Positions 31,732 through 39,334 of a stretch of 64,000 bases of DNA are shown one piece after another (position 1 is the first letter of the stretch; each line of letters opens with the position of its first letter). The position numbers and the translations under genes were made by a program. Below the pieces are notes generated by a model. It made no database searches. It saw nothing but the letters and a program-made list of their open reading frames with translations, and was not told the origin of the DNA. The stretch lies in IMG/VR virus record IMGVR_UViG_3300012956_000013; one strand, 5' to 3'. This DNA comes from a virus (taxonomy: Duplodnaviria; Heunggongvirae; Uroviricota; Caudoviricetes; Crassvirales).

Positions 31732-32255
31732 TATCCTAATAATGAGCCCTCGTTAAAGAGCCTTAGTGATTTAATTTGTCCTATATCAGTTAGTGTAACT
31801 CTGTCTACCTCAATTCCCCATTTTCTCACCTCAACTCTTAACTTTTTAGTAACGGTATTGTCAAAATCGTTTTCTACACATTCTTTGAAGTTACGTTGTG
31901 ATATCTGCTCCTTTATTATTGCTTGGGTTATATCAGCTATTGCATCTGTTGCATCATATACATTAAGCATAAATAACTCAACATCTGAAACCTTATATTT
32001 TACAACAGATTTGACTACCAGCTGTTTCTCATCTTTTGTTACAACAGATTGTGTAGCAACTGAAAGAGTAGTAGTAACAATTGTTGTTGTTTCTACTTTA
32101 TCAAGAAAAGGTATCTTAAAAACAACACCGGGATGAACTATCTTCTTAAATTTGCCCATCCTCAAAAGAATACCATTATCATATTGCTTAACAAAGAAAA
32201 CAGGTAATATATCCTCTATTATATTTAGTAAAAATTCTATTAGTTTATCAAACAT
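31731..32255 (-). CDS. SPFH / band-7 (stomatin-prohibitin-HflKC-like) domain protein
   Basis: VKQYDNGILLRMGKFKKIVHPGVVFKIPFLDKV...SVVKYKVSDVELF...AIADITQAIIKEQIS...WGIEVDRVTLTDI aligns with the YbbK/QmcA-type SPFH pattern (ExG..vRfGk...pGl.fkiPfid.v...VtD). Hydrophobic N-terminus. Confidence 0.65.
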   Translation of the reverse strand: MFDKLIEFLLNIIEDILPVFFVKQYDNGILLRMGKFKKIVHPGVVFKIPFLDKVETTTIVTTTLSVATQSVVTKDEKQLVVKSVVKYKVSDVELFMLNVYDATDAIADITQAIIKEQISQRNFKECVENDFDNTVTKKLRVEVRKWGIEVDRVTLTDIGQIKSLRLFNEGSLLG

Positions 32256-33097
32256 TATTGAAAGAATTTAAAGTACTGATTATACCAACCTAACTCTTTT
32301 TTCCTTTGGGACTGTACATATTCACCATATCCTTTGTCTGAAGTTATACCAAATGCATCTAACCATGCCTTTGCTTTCTCTAATTGTGCTAATTTTAACA
32401 TATCTCCATAATTTCCATCACTGTTAAATATTGCATCAAGTACTACCTTTTCTTTAATTGCCCACTCATAGTAGGGAGTAATCAATGGATGAAATGGAAA
32501 TAATATATTACCTTCTTCATCCTCCATTGTTCCAAGATACATCAAGTATATCTCACCAGACCTAAATGGAGTATTTATATCATCTCCATCTATTGATATC
32601 TGATACTTTCCGGGATTTCTCATATTAGGACATGCACTATGACAATATACCCCAGATGATGGACTAACAGATAAAGTAACCCAATTACCATAATGATGTA
32701 TTGTGGTATTAGATTCCCTTTTTATAGTAACACTATAGCTATCTACATTTCCTAATGTACCTCTATCCAACTCTGCTTCATATATAATATCTCTATCAAA
32801 ATTATTTGAAAATGGGTTTTGTTGACTATGAATTACAGAATTGGTTGCTGTTAGAGCTGATGCAAAATATAACTTCTCAAAGTTTAATGGTAATTTTGCT
32901 TTAAACTCAACTACAGGTATACACACCTGCTTTACTTCCCTTATTTGTATCCCCAATCTATCATTGCAGTGCATTACTGTTTTGATAAGAGTTCCTGTAT
33001 CAATTAAACCTTCATCATCAAGCTTTTTCAAATCATTCTTGACGATAGAAAAAAGTTCAGAAACAGGTCGTAACTCAAATGTTTTATTGTTTACCAT
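32255..33097 (-). CDS. Hypothetical protein (280 aa)
   Basis: ORF in an operon-like arrangement (stop/start overlap with the SPFH gene). Confidence 0.65.
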   Translation of the reverse strand: MVNNKTFELRPVSELFSIVKNDLKKLDDEGLIDTGTLIKTVMHCNDRLGIQIREVKQVCIPVVEFKAKLPLNFEKLYFASALTATNSVIHSQQNPFSNNFDRDIIYEAELDRGTLGNVDSYSVTIKRESNTTIHHYGNWVTLSVSPSSGVYCHSACPNMRNPGKYQISIDGDDINTPFRSGEIYLMYLGTMEDEEGNILFPFHPLITPYYEWAIKEKVVLDAIFNSDGNYGDMLKLAQLEKAKAWLDAFGITSDKGYGEYVQSQRKKELGWYNQYFKFFQ

Positions 33098-33101
33098 TTA
33101 T

Positions 33102-33779
33102 TTAACTTTTTCTTGTTGGGTTCTTGTCTATCTGTTCATCCTCTGGAAGTCTCTTACTTACTCCAGCAAGCAGCTCTACAGTTTTTGAAAACATCTCTGC
33201 TTCAATCCAGTCAGGGAAAAGAAATCTTGTATCAAGATATCTTACACATTCTTTTTTATCATCACAGTCATTCTTATCAGATACATCATCTGTAAAGAAT
33301 CCTGTAATATTAACCTTATGTGGATTGTGCTCAGGAAACCATATATAACCATTTGCATAAAATGCATATTTTGACTTAGACTTTCTATCATATGGGTCAC
33401 CTTTTTTATTTGACCAACTACTAAAGGAAACTAAATCAAAACTAGTAGAGTAATCTACAGAAGTTATGTCCCTCATAATAGGACCACTTTCATCTATCCA
33501 AGTCTCAGGTATCGGGTTTTTAGTCCTATATATCTTACAATTAGTTTTGATTGGACAGCAAGGGTCAATAACAGATGTTTCAATTACGTCCTGACACATT
33601 AGTGTTTGGAAAAACGATACATTTCTGTATATTCTTCCAGCACTAATTTCTCTTTTTATAAGCCACTTTGCATGCTCCATTAAACTATTGTATAGAAACT
33701 TATTACTATAGTTACTATCAGCATTTCTCTCTCTTAGCTTATTTCTTAGAGATTCTATAACTTGACGTTTTGTACTCAT
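33102..33779 (-). CDS. Hypothetical Cys-containing protein (225 aa)
   Basis: ORF. No motif recognised. Confidence 0.65.
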   Translation of the reverse strand: MSTKRQVIESLRNKLRERNADSNYSNKFLYNSLMEHAKWLIKREISAGRIYRNVSFFQTLMCQDVIETSVIDPCCPIKTNCKIYRTKNPIPETWIDESGPIMRDITSVDYSTSFDLVSFSSWSNKKGDPYDRKSKSKYAFYANGYIWFPEHNPHKVNITGFFTDDVSDKNDCDDKKECVRYLDTRFLFPDWIEAEMFSKTVELLAGVSKRLPEDEQIDKNPTRKS

Positions 33780-34309
33780 TGCTTTTTAAATTTTTTTCTC
33801 CATACGCTATGTCCACTTATAGTAACACGGGCAGTTCGTATTTTATCTACATTATCATTCCTTATATATTCTGCAGCTAGCGTCTTTACATCTCTTGTTT
33901 CATCAAACGCATAAAACTGAAGAATCTTATTAAACTTTACAGCATGTCTTCTCTCCCATTTTATACGAGGAACCTTACCCTTTGTTTCAATATTCAGATG
34001 GTGAATCTTCTCTCCTACCTCATCACTTTTACCTCTATCAACTGCCTTAAACTTATAAGGAATAAACTGCATTTTCAATTCACCTAGATAGCTGCCTAAT
34101 TTTACCCCAAGTGGATTATATATGGCTTCATATCTTATTTTCTTTGCAATGTCCAGCCAATATTGGTAGAACTCTTTCCAAGTTAAATTTTTATACTCTG
34201 GAAATTCCTTCTTAAATTTCTTAAATAACTCATTGGTTACCACCATTTTAGAGAACTCTGCCTTTCTCATCCTCGGTGCCTTTCTATCATTACTATATAC
34301 TGGTTTCAC
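33776..34309 (-). CDS. Hypothetical basic protein (177 aa)
   Basis: ORF overlapping the next gene by 4 nt. Confidence 0.6.
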   Translation of the reverse strand: MKPVYSNDRKAPRMRKAEFSKMVVTNELFKKFKKEFPEYKNLTWKEFYQYWLDIAKKIRYEAIYNPLGVKLGSYLGELKMQFIPYKFKAVDRGKSDEVGEKIHHLNIETKGKVPRIKWERRHAVKFNKILQFYAFDETRDVKTLAAEYIRNDNVDKIRTARVTISGHSVWRKKFKKQ

Positions 34310-34390
34310 TTTATAAGTTAATTTTTCTGGACAATATAACTATTCTTATTACAATATACGCATTTTTAATATTATAGAAAAATTAACCTT

Positions 34391-34420
34391 ATAAATTAAA
34401 AAACCCCTCATTTTGAGGGG
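34391..34420 (-). terminator. Rho-independent terminator (minus strand)
   Basis: Hairpin cccctca-ttt-tgagggg (34404-34420) followed on the minus strand by UUUUUUAAUUU. Lies immediately downstream of the exonuclease gene. Confidence 0.7.
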
Positions 34421-34440
34421 CTTCTTTCAAGGTCAGACTG

Positions 34441-35277
34441 TCAAGGTTTGTATTTAAATTTTTTAACTGGTGTAAACTGTTGAAGTTGCTTATATACCTC
34501 TTCAAGTAGTATTACATCCTGTTTACAATAATCTATCATTGTGGACATTGCTTTTTTATCATTCTTAAGGAGTATATCCTTCCATAATCCAAAGTCAGTT
34601 TTCATCTTGCTTCCTAATCCAAAGAATTTTCCCATATAATCAAGTTTATTGGAATTAAACTTGAAGTTATTCCTTGCCATTTTTAGAGTATCAATAGAAT
34701 TCAATTTTGGGCTCATTGGTATTCCATGATATATACATCTGGTTCTCAACCACTTAATATCAAATGAGTCTCCATTCTGGGCAATTACCTCATCTGCACT
34801 GTCTATTATCTTTGTAAATTTCCCAACCAAATCCGTATCATCTCCGTTATTCCACTGGAGAGAAGATACTTTACTTTCACCTTCCCATTTATAGCATATG
34901 CATATAATTGCTCTTTCCTGTATAATTGAGTTGTGGTCTAAATTAAGATTATTTCCTATTCTCCAAGACAGGACTATATTAGGAGATACTTCTATATCAA
35001 AGAATAATCTCTTCTTAGGGCGTTCTTTCTCCTTCTCTATTTCATTATATATATCAAGTAAATCCTGCTCTTTCTTTGAGGCAATGTAGTTTCCTGCAGC
35101 TCTTAGTGTAGATTGAACCTCTATTATTATCTTTAGCTCTTTAGCAATCTCATCATGAGTTTTCGAAACATATTTTGGCTGAGACTTCCATAATGCCTGA
35201 GCAACCTTTAATGGAGATTTTTTAATATAGCCCTTCTTGCTAAGAAGAAAATCTTTTACTTTAGACCTTGTTATCAT
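34441..35277 (-). CDS. DEDD-family 3'-5' exonuclease (DnaQ/RNase T-like)
   Basis: Exo I LFFDIEVSP, Exo II AQNGDSFDIKWL and Exo III YCKQDVILLEEVY motifs. The track ORF extends to 35376, but the likely start is the internal Met (MITRSKVKDF) at 35275-35277. Confidence 0.7.
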   Translation of the reverse strand: MITRSKVKDFLLSKKGYIKKSPLKVAQALWKSQPKYVSKTHDEIAKELKIIIEVQSTLRAAGNYIASKKEQDLLDIYNEIEKEKERPKKRLFFDIEVSPNIVLSWRIGNNLNLDHNSIIQERAIICICYKWEGESKVSSLQWNNGDDTDLVGKFTKIIDSADEVIAQNGDSFDIKWLRTRCIYHGIPMSPKLNSIDTLKMARNNFKFNSNKLDYMGKFFGLGSKMKTDFGLWKDILLKNDKKAMSTMIDYCKQDVILLEEVYKQLQQFTPVKKFKYKP

Positions 35278-35338
35278 ACCTTGATTTTTGTTAATAAAAA
35301 AGAAGGGCAGTATTCCTACCCTTCTTAAAATAAGACAA

Positions 35339-35497
35339 TTATAGACTTCGCAAGTACTTTTGTCTTTCTGACTCAAGTTTTCTTACAATACTCCTAATTG
35401 TTTTAATAGAGCAGTTATATTTATTAGCAAGTCTTGCTTCTCCCCATTTGAAGAATGAAGGATTTGTAATTAAATGTTTCTCAATTTGACTCTTCAT
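35339..35497 (-). CDS. Small HTH protein (52 aa), not in the ORF track
   Basis: Manual translation: MKSQIEKHLITNPSFFKWGEARLANKYNCSIKTIRSIVRKLESERQKYLRSL. Helix-turn-helix-like EARLANKYNCSIKTIRSIV. Confidence 0.3.
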   Translation of the reverse strand: MKSQIEKHLITNPSFFKWGEARLANKYNCSIKTIRSIVRKLESERQKYLRSL

Positions 35498-35638
35498 GTT
35501 ATATTTTTAATTGTTATTGATACCACAAATATACTATCATAAAGAATGGTTTTCCAAGTTATTCAAGTTAAAAGTATGTTAATAGCGAAATAAAAAAGGG
35601 CTATAAAGCCCTTATTAATTGATAATCAATATTGTATG

Positions 35639-35729
35639 TTGGAGCGGTCGGAGTCGAACCGACAATGTTAACCCCTAAGGGACCAGATTTACAGTCTGGT
35701 AGTGCACACGCCATAGCACCAACGCTCCA
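35639..35729 (-). tRNA. tRNA-Tyr(GTA), class II
   Basis: T arm GTCGG/TTCGACT/CCGAC. Anticodon arm CCAGA-CTGTAAA-TCTGG. Long variable arm. A73. Confidence 0.75.
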
Positions 35730-35734
35730 ATATG

Positions 35735-35820
35735 CGGAGAGTATGAGATTCGAACTCATGGGCCGAATAAACGACCATAGTTTAGCAAACTACTCCAATT
35801 GACCTCTCTGGCAACTCTCC
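35735..35820 (-). tRNA. tRNA-Ser(GCT), class II
   Basis: T arm ATGAG/TTCGAAT/CTCAT. Anticodon loop TTGCTAA. Long variable arm. 7-bp acceptor GGAGAGT/ACTCTCC, G73. Confidence 0.75.
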
Positions 35821-35826
35821 AAGATG

Positions 35827-35919
35827 CGGAGGAAGGGGGACTCGAACCCTTACCACGCCGCTCATCACGGCGAACGGTTTTCAAGACCGTGCCAATACCA
35901 ATTATGGACTTATTCCTCC
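35827..35919 (-). tRNA. tRNA-Ser(TGA), class II (imperfect T stem)
   Basis: Anticodon arm ACGGT-CTTGAAA-ACCGT. Variable-arm stem CGCCG/CGGCG. Acceptor GGAGGAA/TTCCTCC. The T stem has only 3 clean pairs. Confidence 0.55.
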
Positions 35920-35924
35920 TTGTG

Positions 35925-35998
35925 TACCGATGGATGGATTCGAACCTTCAAACACAAAATTTTAAGTTTTGCAGCGTTTCCAATTAGCTCACATCGGC
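35925..35998 (-). tRNA. Class-I tRNA with Leu-type anticodon TAA (74 nt, no long variable arm)
   Basis: Acceptor GCCGATG/CATCGGT (G1-U72). Anticodon arm CAAAA-CTTAAAA-TTTTG. T arm GAAGG/TTCGAAT/CCATC. 5-nt variable loop. A73. Confidence 0.5.
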
Positions 35999-36445
35999 AT
36001 TTTTAATATTCTTCGTTTTATAAGTATCAGTAAAGTAATGGCAGTTAGGACACAGAATTTCTAAGTTTGATAATTCATTATTATATTTATTACCATCTTT
36101 ATGATGAACTTCTAACGGAATAGGTTTTCCTTCCCATTCAGTATTTTTACAATATTCACATTTTCTTTCTTTTATATTTCTGCTAAAAAGAGCATTTCTC
36201 ACAGACCATGTTGTTCTCTTACTTTTGCCATTAGTAAAAAATTCTTCATCACTTTTTAAAGGTTTATTCTTTTTATTAGACTTTCCTGTATAAGTTCTAT
36301 TTTCTATTAGAATTTGTTTTATTAAAGAAAACAATCTTTTATTAGAGCCAGAAGTTAAACCAAGTTTGAATAAAACCTTTCTTACTGAAATTTCATTTTT
36401 ACAAACTTCTTGTAAAGATTCTTTTGTATATTTTATTTTTCCCAT
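35984..36445 (-). CDS. HNH homing endonuclease
   Basis: EVHHKDGNKYNNELSNLEILCPNCH motif. The last 15 nt overlap the downstream tRNA, and the stop TAA equals tRNA nt 13-15. Confidence 0.7.
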   Translation of the reverse strand: MGKIKYTKESLQEVCKNEISVRKVLFKLGLTSGSNKRLFSLIKQILIENRTYTGKSNKKNKPLKSDEEFFTNGKSKRTTWSVRNALFSRNIKERKCEYCKNTEWEGKPIPLEVHHKDGNKYNNELSNLEILCPNCHYFTDTYKTKNIKNADVS

Positions 36446-36507
36446 AATATAATATATGGAAATTATATGAAATAAACAAATATATCTCAGACAAGTTGTC
36501 TAAGTTG

Positions 36508-36580
36508 TAGCTCTAGTCAGATTCGAACTGACACTTTTATGCTCCTAAAGCATTTGCCTCTTCCGTTGGGCTACAGAGCC
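36508..36580 (-). tRNA. Class-I tRNA with Leu-type anticodon TAG
   Basis: T arm GTCAG/TTCGAAT/CTGAC (perfect). Anticodon stem ATGC/GCAT with loop TTTAGGA (G37). Acceptor GGCTCTG/TAGAGCT with two G-U pairs. A73. Confidence 0.5.
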
Positions 36581-36585
36581 ATTAG

Positions 36586-36659
36586 TACCATCGGAGGGAG
36601 TCGAACCCTCAAAACTCAGCTTCTTAGACTGATATGTATTCCAGTTCCATCACGATGGC
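36586..36659 (-). tRNA. Class-I tRNA with apparent anticodon AAG (Leu-type, A34); loop register uncertain
   Basis: T arm GAGGG/TTCGACT/CCCTC. Acceptor GCCATCG/CGATGGT. Anticodon arm TCAGT-CTAAGAA-GCTGA. A73. Confidence 0.4.
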
Positions 36660-36660
36660 A

Positions 36661-36693
36661 TATAAAAAAGAAACCCCAACATTTCTGCTGGGG
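36661..36693 (-). terminator. Rho-independent terminator (minus strand), abutting the 5' end of the next tRNA
   Basis: On the minus strand, CCCCAGCA-GAAA-UGUUGGGG (the G-U pair works only on the minus strand) followed by UUUCUUUUUUAUA. The tRNA at 36659 starts 2 nt later. Confidence 0.65.
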
Positions 36694-36848
36694 TCGGTCT
36701 TCAGATACTATCTAAAGAGATGCTTATACACCTTTCCCAGCCTGAGTTTTACTCAAGAGTAATGATAGACTGGAATAATATGTATTAAATTTCTTCATTG
36801 GAATACAAATATACAACATTAATTTGAAATAACCAAATTTATTTTTGT

Positions 36849-36920
36849 GGAGGATTCCGGCATCGAACCGGAGACTCCTGCGTGCAAGGCAGGTATTTTT
36901 GCCATCTATACTAATCCCCC
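36849..36920 (-). tRNA. tRNA-Ala(TGC)
   Basis: G3-U70 identity pair. Anticodon arm CCTGC-CTTGCAC-GCAGG. T arm TCCGG/TTCGATG/CCGGA. A73. Confidence 0.8.
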
Positions 36921-37376
36921 ATATAAAGCATTCTTATGTACTTTGCACATTTCTGCAAACTCTTGCTTATCTATAAGATGCATTTTAGTTCTCATATCAT
37001 CTCCACCAAATACCTGTGGATATCTATTACTTTGAATCTGCATTAGTAATATCTCCCTATCTATGATATAGACATCGAACTCATCTACTATATGTATCCA
37101 ATAATTTGCAGTTGTAACTGATATTCCAGTTGCTTCAAATTCTTCAGATTTCTTGTTTTTTCTTTTAAATTCAATTGCTACGTTACCTGTTTTAGAAGAT
37201 AGCTTGTCATATTTTACTTCAGCAGTCTTTATTTTACTATCTGCTGTTAGATATTGTATATCAAACTCCTTCTCTTTTGAACGAAAAAGTATCTTATTTC
37301 CTCTGGATTGTAACCAGTCCGCAACCAAGTCTTCATAGATTGTTGCTTCTTCTAGTGCTTCTTTAAATGGTTTCAT
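36906..37376 (-). CDS. Hjc / VRR-NUC-like PD-(D/E)xK nuclease (156 aa)
   Basis: YEDLVADWLQSRGNKILFRS (Hjc helix-1 E motif), FDIQYL...AEVKYDK (hhhD ... hExK). Starts 2 nt after tRNA-Ile. The last 15 nt lie inside tRNA-Ala (stop TAG equals tRNA nt 13-15). Confidence 0.5.
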   Translation of the reverse strand: MKPFKEALEEATIYEDLVADWLQSRGNKILFRSKEKEFDIQYLTADSKIKTAEVKYDKLSSKTGNVAIEFKRKNKKSEEFEATGISVTTANYWIHIVDEFDVYIIDREILLMQIQSNRYPQVFGGDDMRTKMHLIDKQEFAEMCKVHKNALYGGLV

Positions 37377-37377
37377 G

Positions 37378-37450
37378 TGCTCATAATAGGTCTCGAACCT
37401 ATAACTTCTACTGTATCAGAGTAGTACTCTACCAATTGAGTTATATGAGC
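37378..37450 (-). tRNA. tRNA-Ile(GAT)
   Basis: Perfect cloverleaf: acceptor GCTCATA/TATGAGC, D arm ACTC/GAGT, anticodon arm CTACT-CTGATAC-AGTAG, T arm ATAGG/TTCGAGA/CCTAT. Confidence 0.85.
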
Positions 37451-37455
37451 ATATG

Positions 37456-37529
37456 TTGACTCTCAGGGTTTCGAACCCTGCACCTAATGATTATGAGTCA
37501 TTCGCTCTGACCAACTGAGCTAAGAGTCA
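37456..37529 (-). tRNA. tRNA-Met(CAT), elongator type (or Ile2)
   Basis: Anticodon arm AATGA-CTCATAA-TCATT. T arm CAGGG/TTCGAAA/CCCTG. D arm GCTC/GAGC. No initiator features. Confidence 0.75.
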
Positions 37530-37654
37530 ATAAAGAGGGGATTGCTTCTCTCAGCCTCAGACGTACGAGACGTGCCTCTTTTAAGGAAATGGGACTGGAT
37601 TTCATATGTTACCCAATCTTATGTATCCAACTAGTAATGGCACACTTCCTTTTG

Positions 37655-37731
37655 CGGACCCTAAGGGATTCGAACCCTCCTGATTGTACTGCGTGACAGG
37701 CAGACGGCCACACCTAGCAGCCCCAGAGTCC
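37655..37731 (-). tRNA. tRNA-Asp(GTC) (slightly aberrant D/variable regions)
   Basis: Anticodon arm CTGC-CTGTCAC-GCAG, as in bacterial tRNA-Asp. T arm GAGGG/TTCGAAT/CCCTT. Acceptor GGACTCT/AGGGTCC. G73. 77 nt. Confidence 0.6.
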
Positions 37732-37736
37732 TTATG

Positions 37737-37810
37737 TATTGCGTATGGGGCTCGAACCCACAATCTTCACCGTGAAAGGGTGACGGCTTAACCAATTTGC
37801 CTAACGCAAC
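37737..37810 (-). tRNA. tRNA-Glu(TTC)
   Basis: Anticodon arm TCACC-CTTTCAC-GGTGA. T arm GTGGG/TTCGAGC/CCCAT. Confidence 0.8.
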
Positions 37811-37873
37811 AGGGGTAGCGGTCCGAGCTTCTCAACCCGATTTCAATCCAGTCTTGTATCTTGGATTCCCCAG

Positions 37874-37945
37874 AGCAGTAGAAGAATTTCGAAATCTCAG
37901 CCTTCTCCTTGGCAAGGAGACGCTCTACCTTTGAGCTACTACTGC
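37874..37945 (-). tRNA. tRNA-Gly(GCC) (T arm with 53-61 mismatch)
   Basis: Acceptor GCAGTAG/CTACTGC. D arm GCTC/GAGC. Anticodon arm TCTCC-TTGCCAA-GGAGA. T arm GAGAT/TTCGAAA/TTCTT. Confidence 0.7.
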
Positions 37946-38061
37946 TAGTGAAGTTTTAGAATACCCCCAGACTTCAAACTGTGCCAACCTACGATTTGGA
38001 GGGTTTCATGCTTTCGCAGAGGAGTTACCCCATCTTCGGTCCCTTGTACTTCGGGCTACTG

Positions 38062-38134
38062 AGCGATAGACAGGATTCGAACCTGCGACTTCTTACTTGG
38101 AAGGAAAGCACTCTACCAACTGAGCTACTATCGC
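38062..38134 (-). tRNA. tRNA-Gly(TCC)
   Basis: Anticodon loop CTTCCAA. T arm GCAGG/TTCGAAT/CCTGT. Acceptor GCGATAG/CTATCGC. U73. Confidence 0.7.
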
Positions 38135-38617
38135 TTACTTATATAAACAAGGGTGTCTGCATATTTGGTCTCCTGCTTTTGTAGCAATCATGCAATCACC
38201 TTCACCGTTATTCTTAAATACAGCTCTCATATTCAAACCTTGAGCCCATCCACCAATATCCTTCACTAATTTGTGAGATGCCCATTTTGGGATATTATTA
38301 TAATCAAATTCTACAGCTGCAAACGCTACTGGTAATTCTTCCATAATCATAGAAGCTGCTTCTATAGTACGCTGACCTTCACTCCATAGACGCTGAAACA
38401 TATTCATTCTCTTAACCTCTTCCTTAAAGTATACAAAGTGTGCACCTCTGGTATTGTAACGATATACAATAACAGTTGCAAAACGTGTTATACTACCGTA
38501 ATCTTGAGCATCAGTTCCTGCATACATTTTAAGATTTGGAAATGCTTTTATCTGCTCTAGAGTATGGTCTATAACATCTACTTTAATACCTTCTTTTGTT
38601 GTAAAGAATCTGTCCAT
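38135..38617 (-). CDS. Hypothetical protein embedded in the tRNA array (160 aa from the internal Met MDRFFTT)
   Basis: The ORF ends 1 nt before tRNA-Gly(TCC). The track start at 38683 would overlap tRNA-CAT (38659-38731), so the start at 38615-38617 is preferred. No motif recognised. Confidence 0.5.
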   Translation of the reverse strand: MDRFFTTKEGIKVDVIDHTLEQIKAFPNLKMYAGTDAQDYGSITRFATVIVYRYNTRGAHFVYFKEEVKRMNMFQRLWSEGQRTIEAASMIMEELPVAFAAVEFDYNNIPKWASHKLVKDIGGWAQGLNMRAVFKNNGEGDCMIATKAGDQICRHPCLYK

Positions 38618-38658
38618 TTTACAAAGATAAAGAACTAATTTACAAAATCCAAATAATG

Positions 38659-38731
38659 TTGGGAGAGTGGGAATCGAACCCACGACCTAAGGCTTATGAG
38701 ACCTTCAAGCTACCGCTGCTATCATCTCCCA
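38659..38731 (-). tRNA. tRNA-CAT no. 2 (Met or lysidine-Ile2); U1-A72
   Basis: Anticodon arm AAGGT-CTCATAA-GCCTT. T arm GTGGG/TTCGATT/CCCAC (perfect). Acceptor TGGGAGA/TCTCCCA. Confidence 0.7.
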
Positions 38732-38732
38732 G

Positions 38733-38804
38733 CTCCTTCTGAGAATTTCGAAATCTCGACCCTTTGATTAACAGTCAAATGCTCTACCTCTGAGCTAAGA
38801 AGGA
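38733..38804 (-). tRNA. tRNA-Asn(GTT)
   Basis: Anticodon arm TTTGA-CTGTTAA-TCAAA. D arm GCTC/GAGC. T arm GAGAT/TTCGAAA/TTCTC (same odd T arm as Gly-GCC). Perfect acceptor TCCTTCT/AGAAGGA. G73. Confidence 0.75.
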
Positions 38805-38848
38805 TTATCTAGTTTTTAACTCCACGCAGAACTAGCAAACTGACCGTG

Positions 38849-38922
38849 TATCTCTGGATGGACTCAAACCATCAACTTCAATCTTAGAAGGATTGCACTC
38901 TATTCAATTGAGTTACAGAGAT
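38849..38922 (-). tRNA. tRNA-Arg(TCT)
   Basis: Anticodon arm CAATC-CTTCTAA-GATTG. T arm GATGG/TTTGAGT/CCATC. Acceptor ATCTCTG/CAGAGAT. Confidence 0.75.
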
Positions 38923-38926
38923 ATGG

Positions 38927-39001
38927 TACAGAATGAGGGATTCGAACTCTCGACCTTTTCCTTGTAAGGGAACTACTCTAAACCAACTGAGCTAATTCTG
39001 C
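38927..39001 (-). tRNA. tRNA-Val(TAC); genomically encoded CCA at 38924-38926
   Basis: Anticodon loop CTTACAA. D arm GCTC...GAGT. T arm GAGAG/TTCGAAT/CCCTC. Acceptor GCAGAAT/ATTCTGT. A73 then CCA. Confidence 0.8.
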
Positions 39002-39171
39002 AAAGTAGGAGACTCTAATTGTCTCCTTATATCGTATATCTTTCTCTGATAATCACTTATACTTATTTCTGCTGTAGAAGAAGTCTTTTTCTTAAGTTCT
39101 TCTCTCATTTCCTTTTCTAAAGATAATACTCTTTCTATTAATTTTTTTCTTTTCTTTTCAATTTTTGACAT
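38992..39171 (-). CDS. Small coiled-coil ORF (59 aa) between tRNA-Lys and tRNA-Val; not in the ORF track
   Basis: MSKIEKKRKKLIERVLSLEKEMREELKKK...RRQLESPTLQN. Its stop TAG is tRNA-Val nt 8-10. Support is size only. Confidence 0.25.
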   Translation of the reverse strand: MSKIEKKRKKLIERVLSLEKEMREELKKKTSSTAEISISDYQRKIYDIRRQLESPTLQN

Positions 39172-39185
39172 AATATATATTTTTG

Positions 39186-39258
39186 TGCTTCCGTAGGGAC
39201 TCGAACCCTAAACCTCACCCTTAAGAGGGGTGAGCTCTACCAATTGAGCTACAAAAGC
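39186..39258 (-). tRNA. tRNA-Lys(CTT)
   Basis: Anticodon arm CACCC-CTCTTAA-GGGTG. D arm GCTC/GAGC. T arm TAGGG/TTCGAGT/CCCTA. Confidence 0.75.
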
Positions 39259-39262
39259 ATAG

Positions 39263-39333
39263 TACCCCTGAAAGGAATCGAACCTTTGACCATAGATTAA
39301 AAGTCTATTGCTTGGCCTTCAAGCTACAAGGGC
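39263..39333 (-). tRNA. tRNA-Lys(TTT)
   Basis: Anticodon arm ATAGA-CTTTTAA-TCTAT. T arm AAAGG/TTCGATT/CCTTT. D arm GCTT/AAGC. Confidence 0.75.
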
Positions 39334-39334
39334 T

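Noticed and set aside
39002-39180. Hairpin ggagactctaattgtctcc at about 39008-39027 as a terminator
   Set aside because: No U-tract on either strand. It lies inside the small 59-aa candidate ORF.
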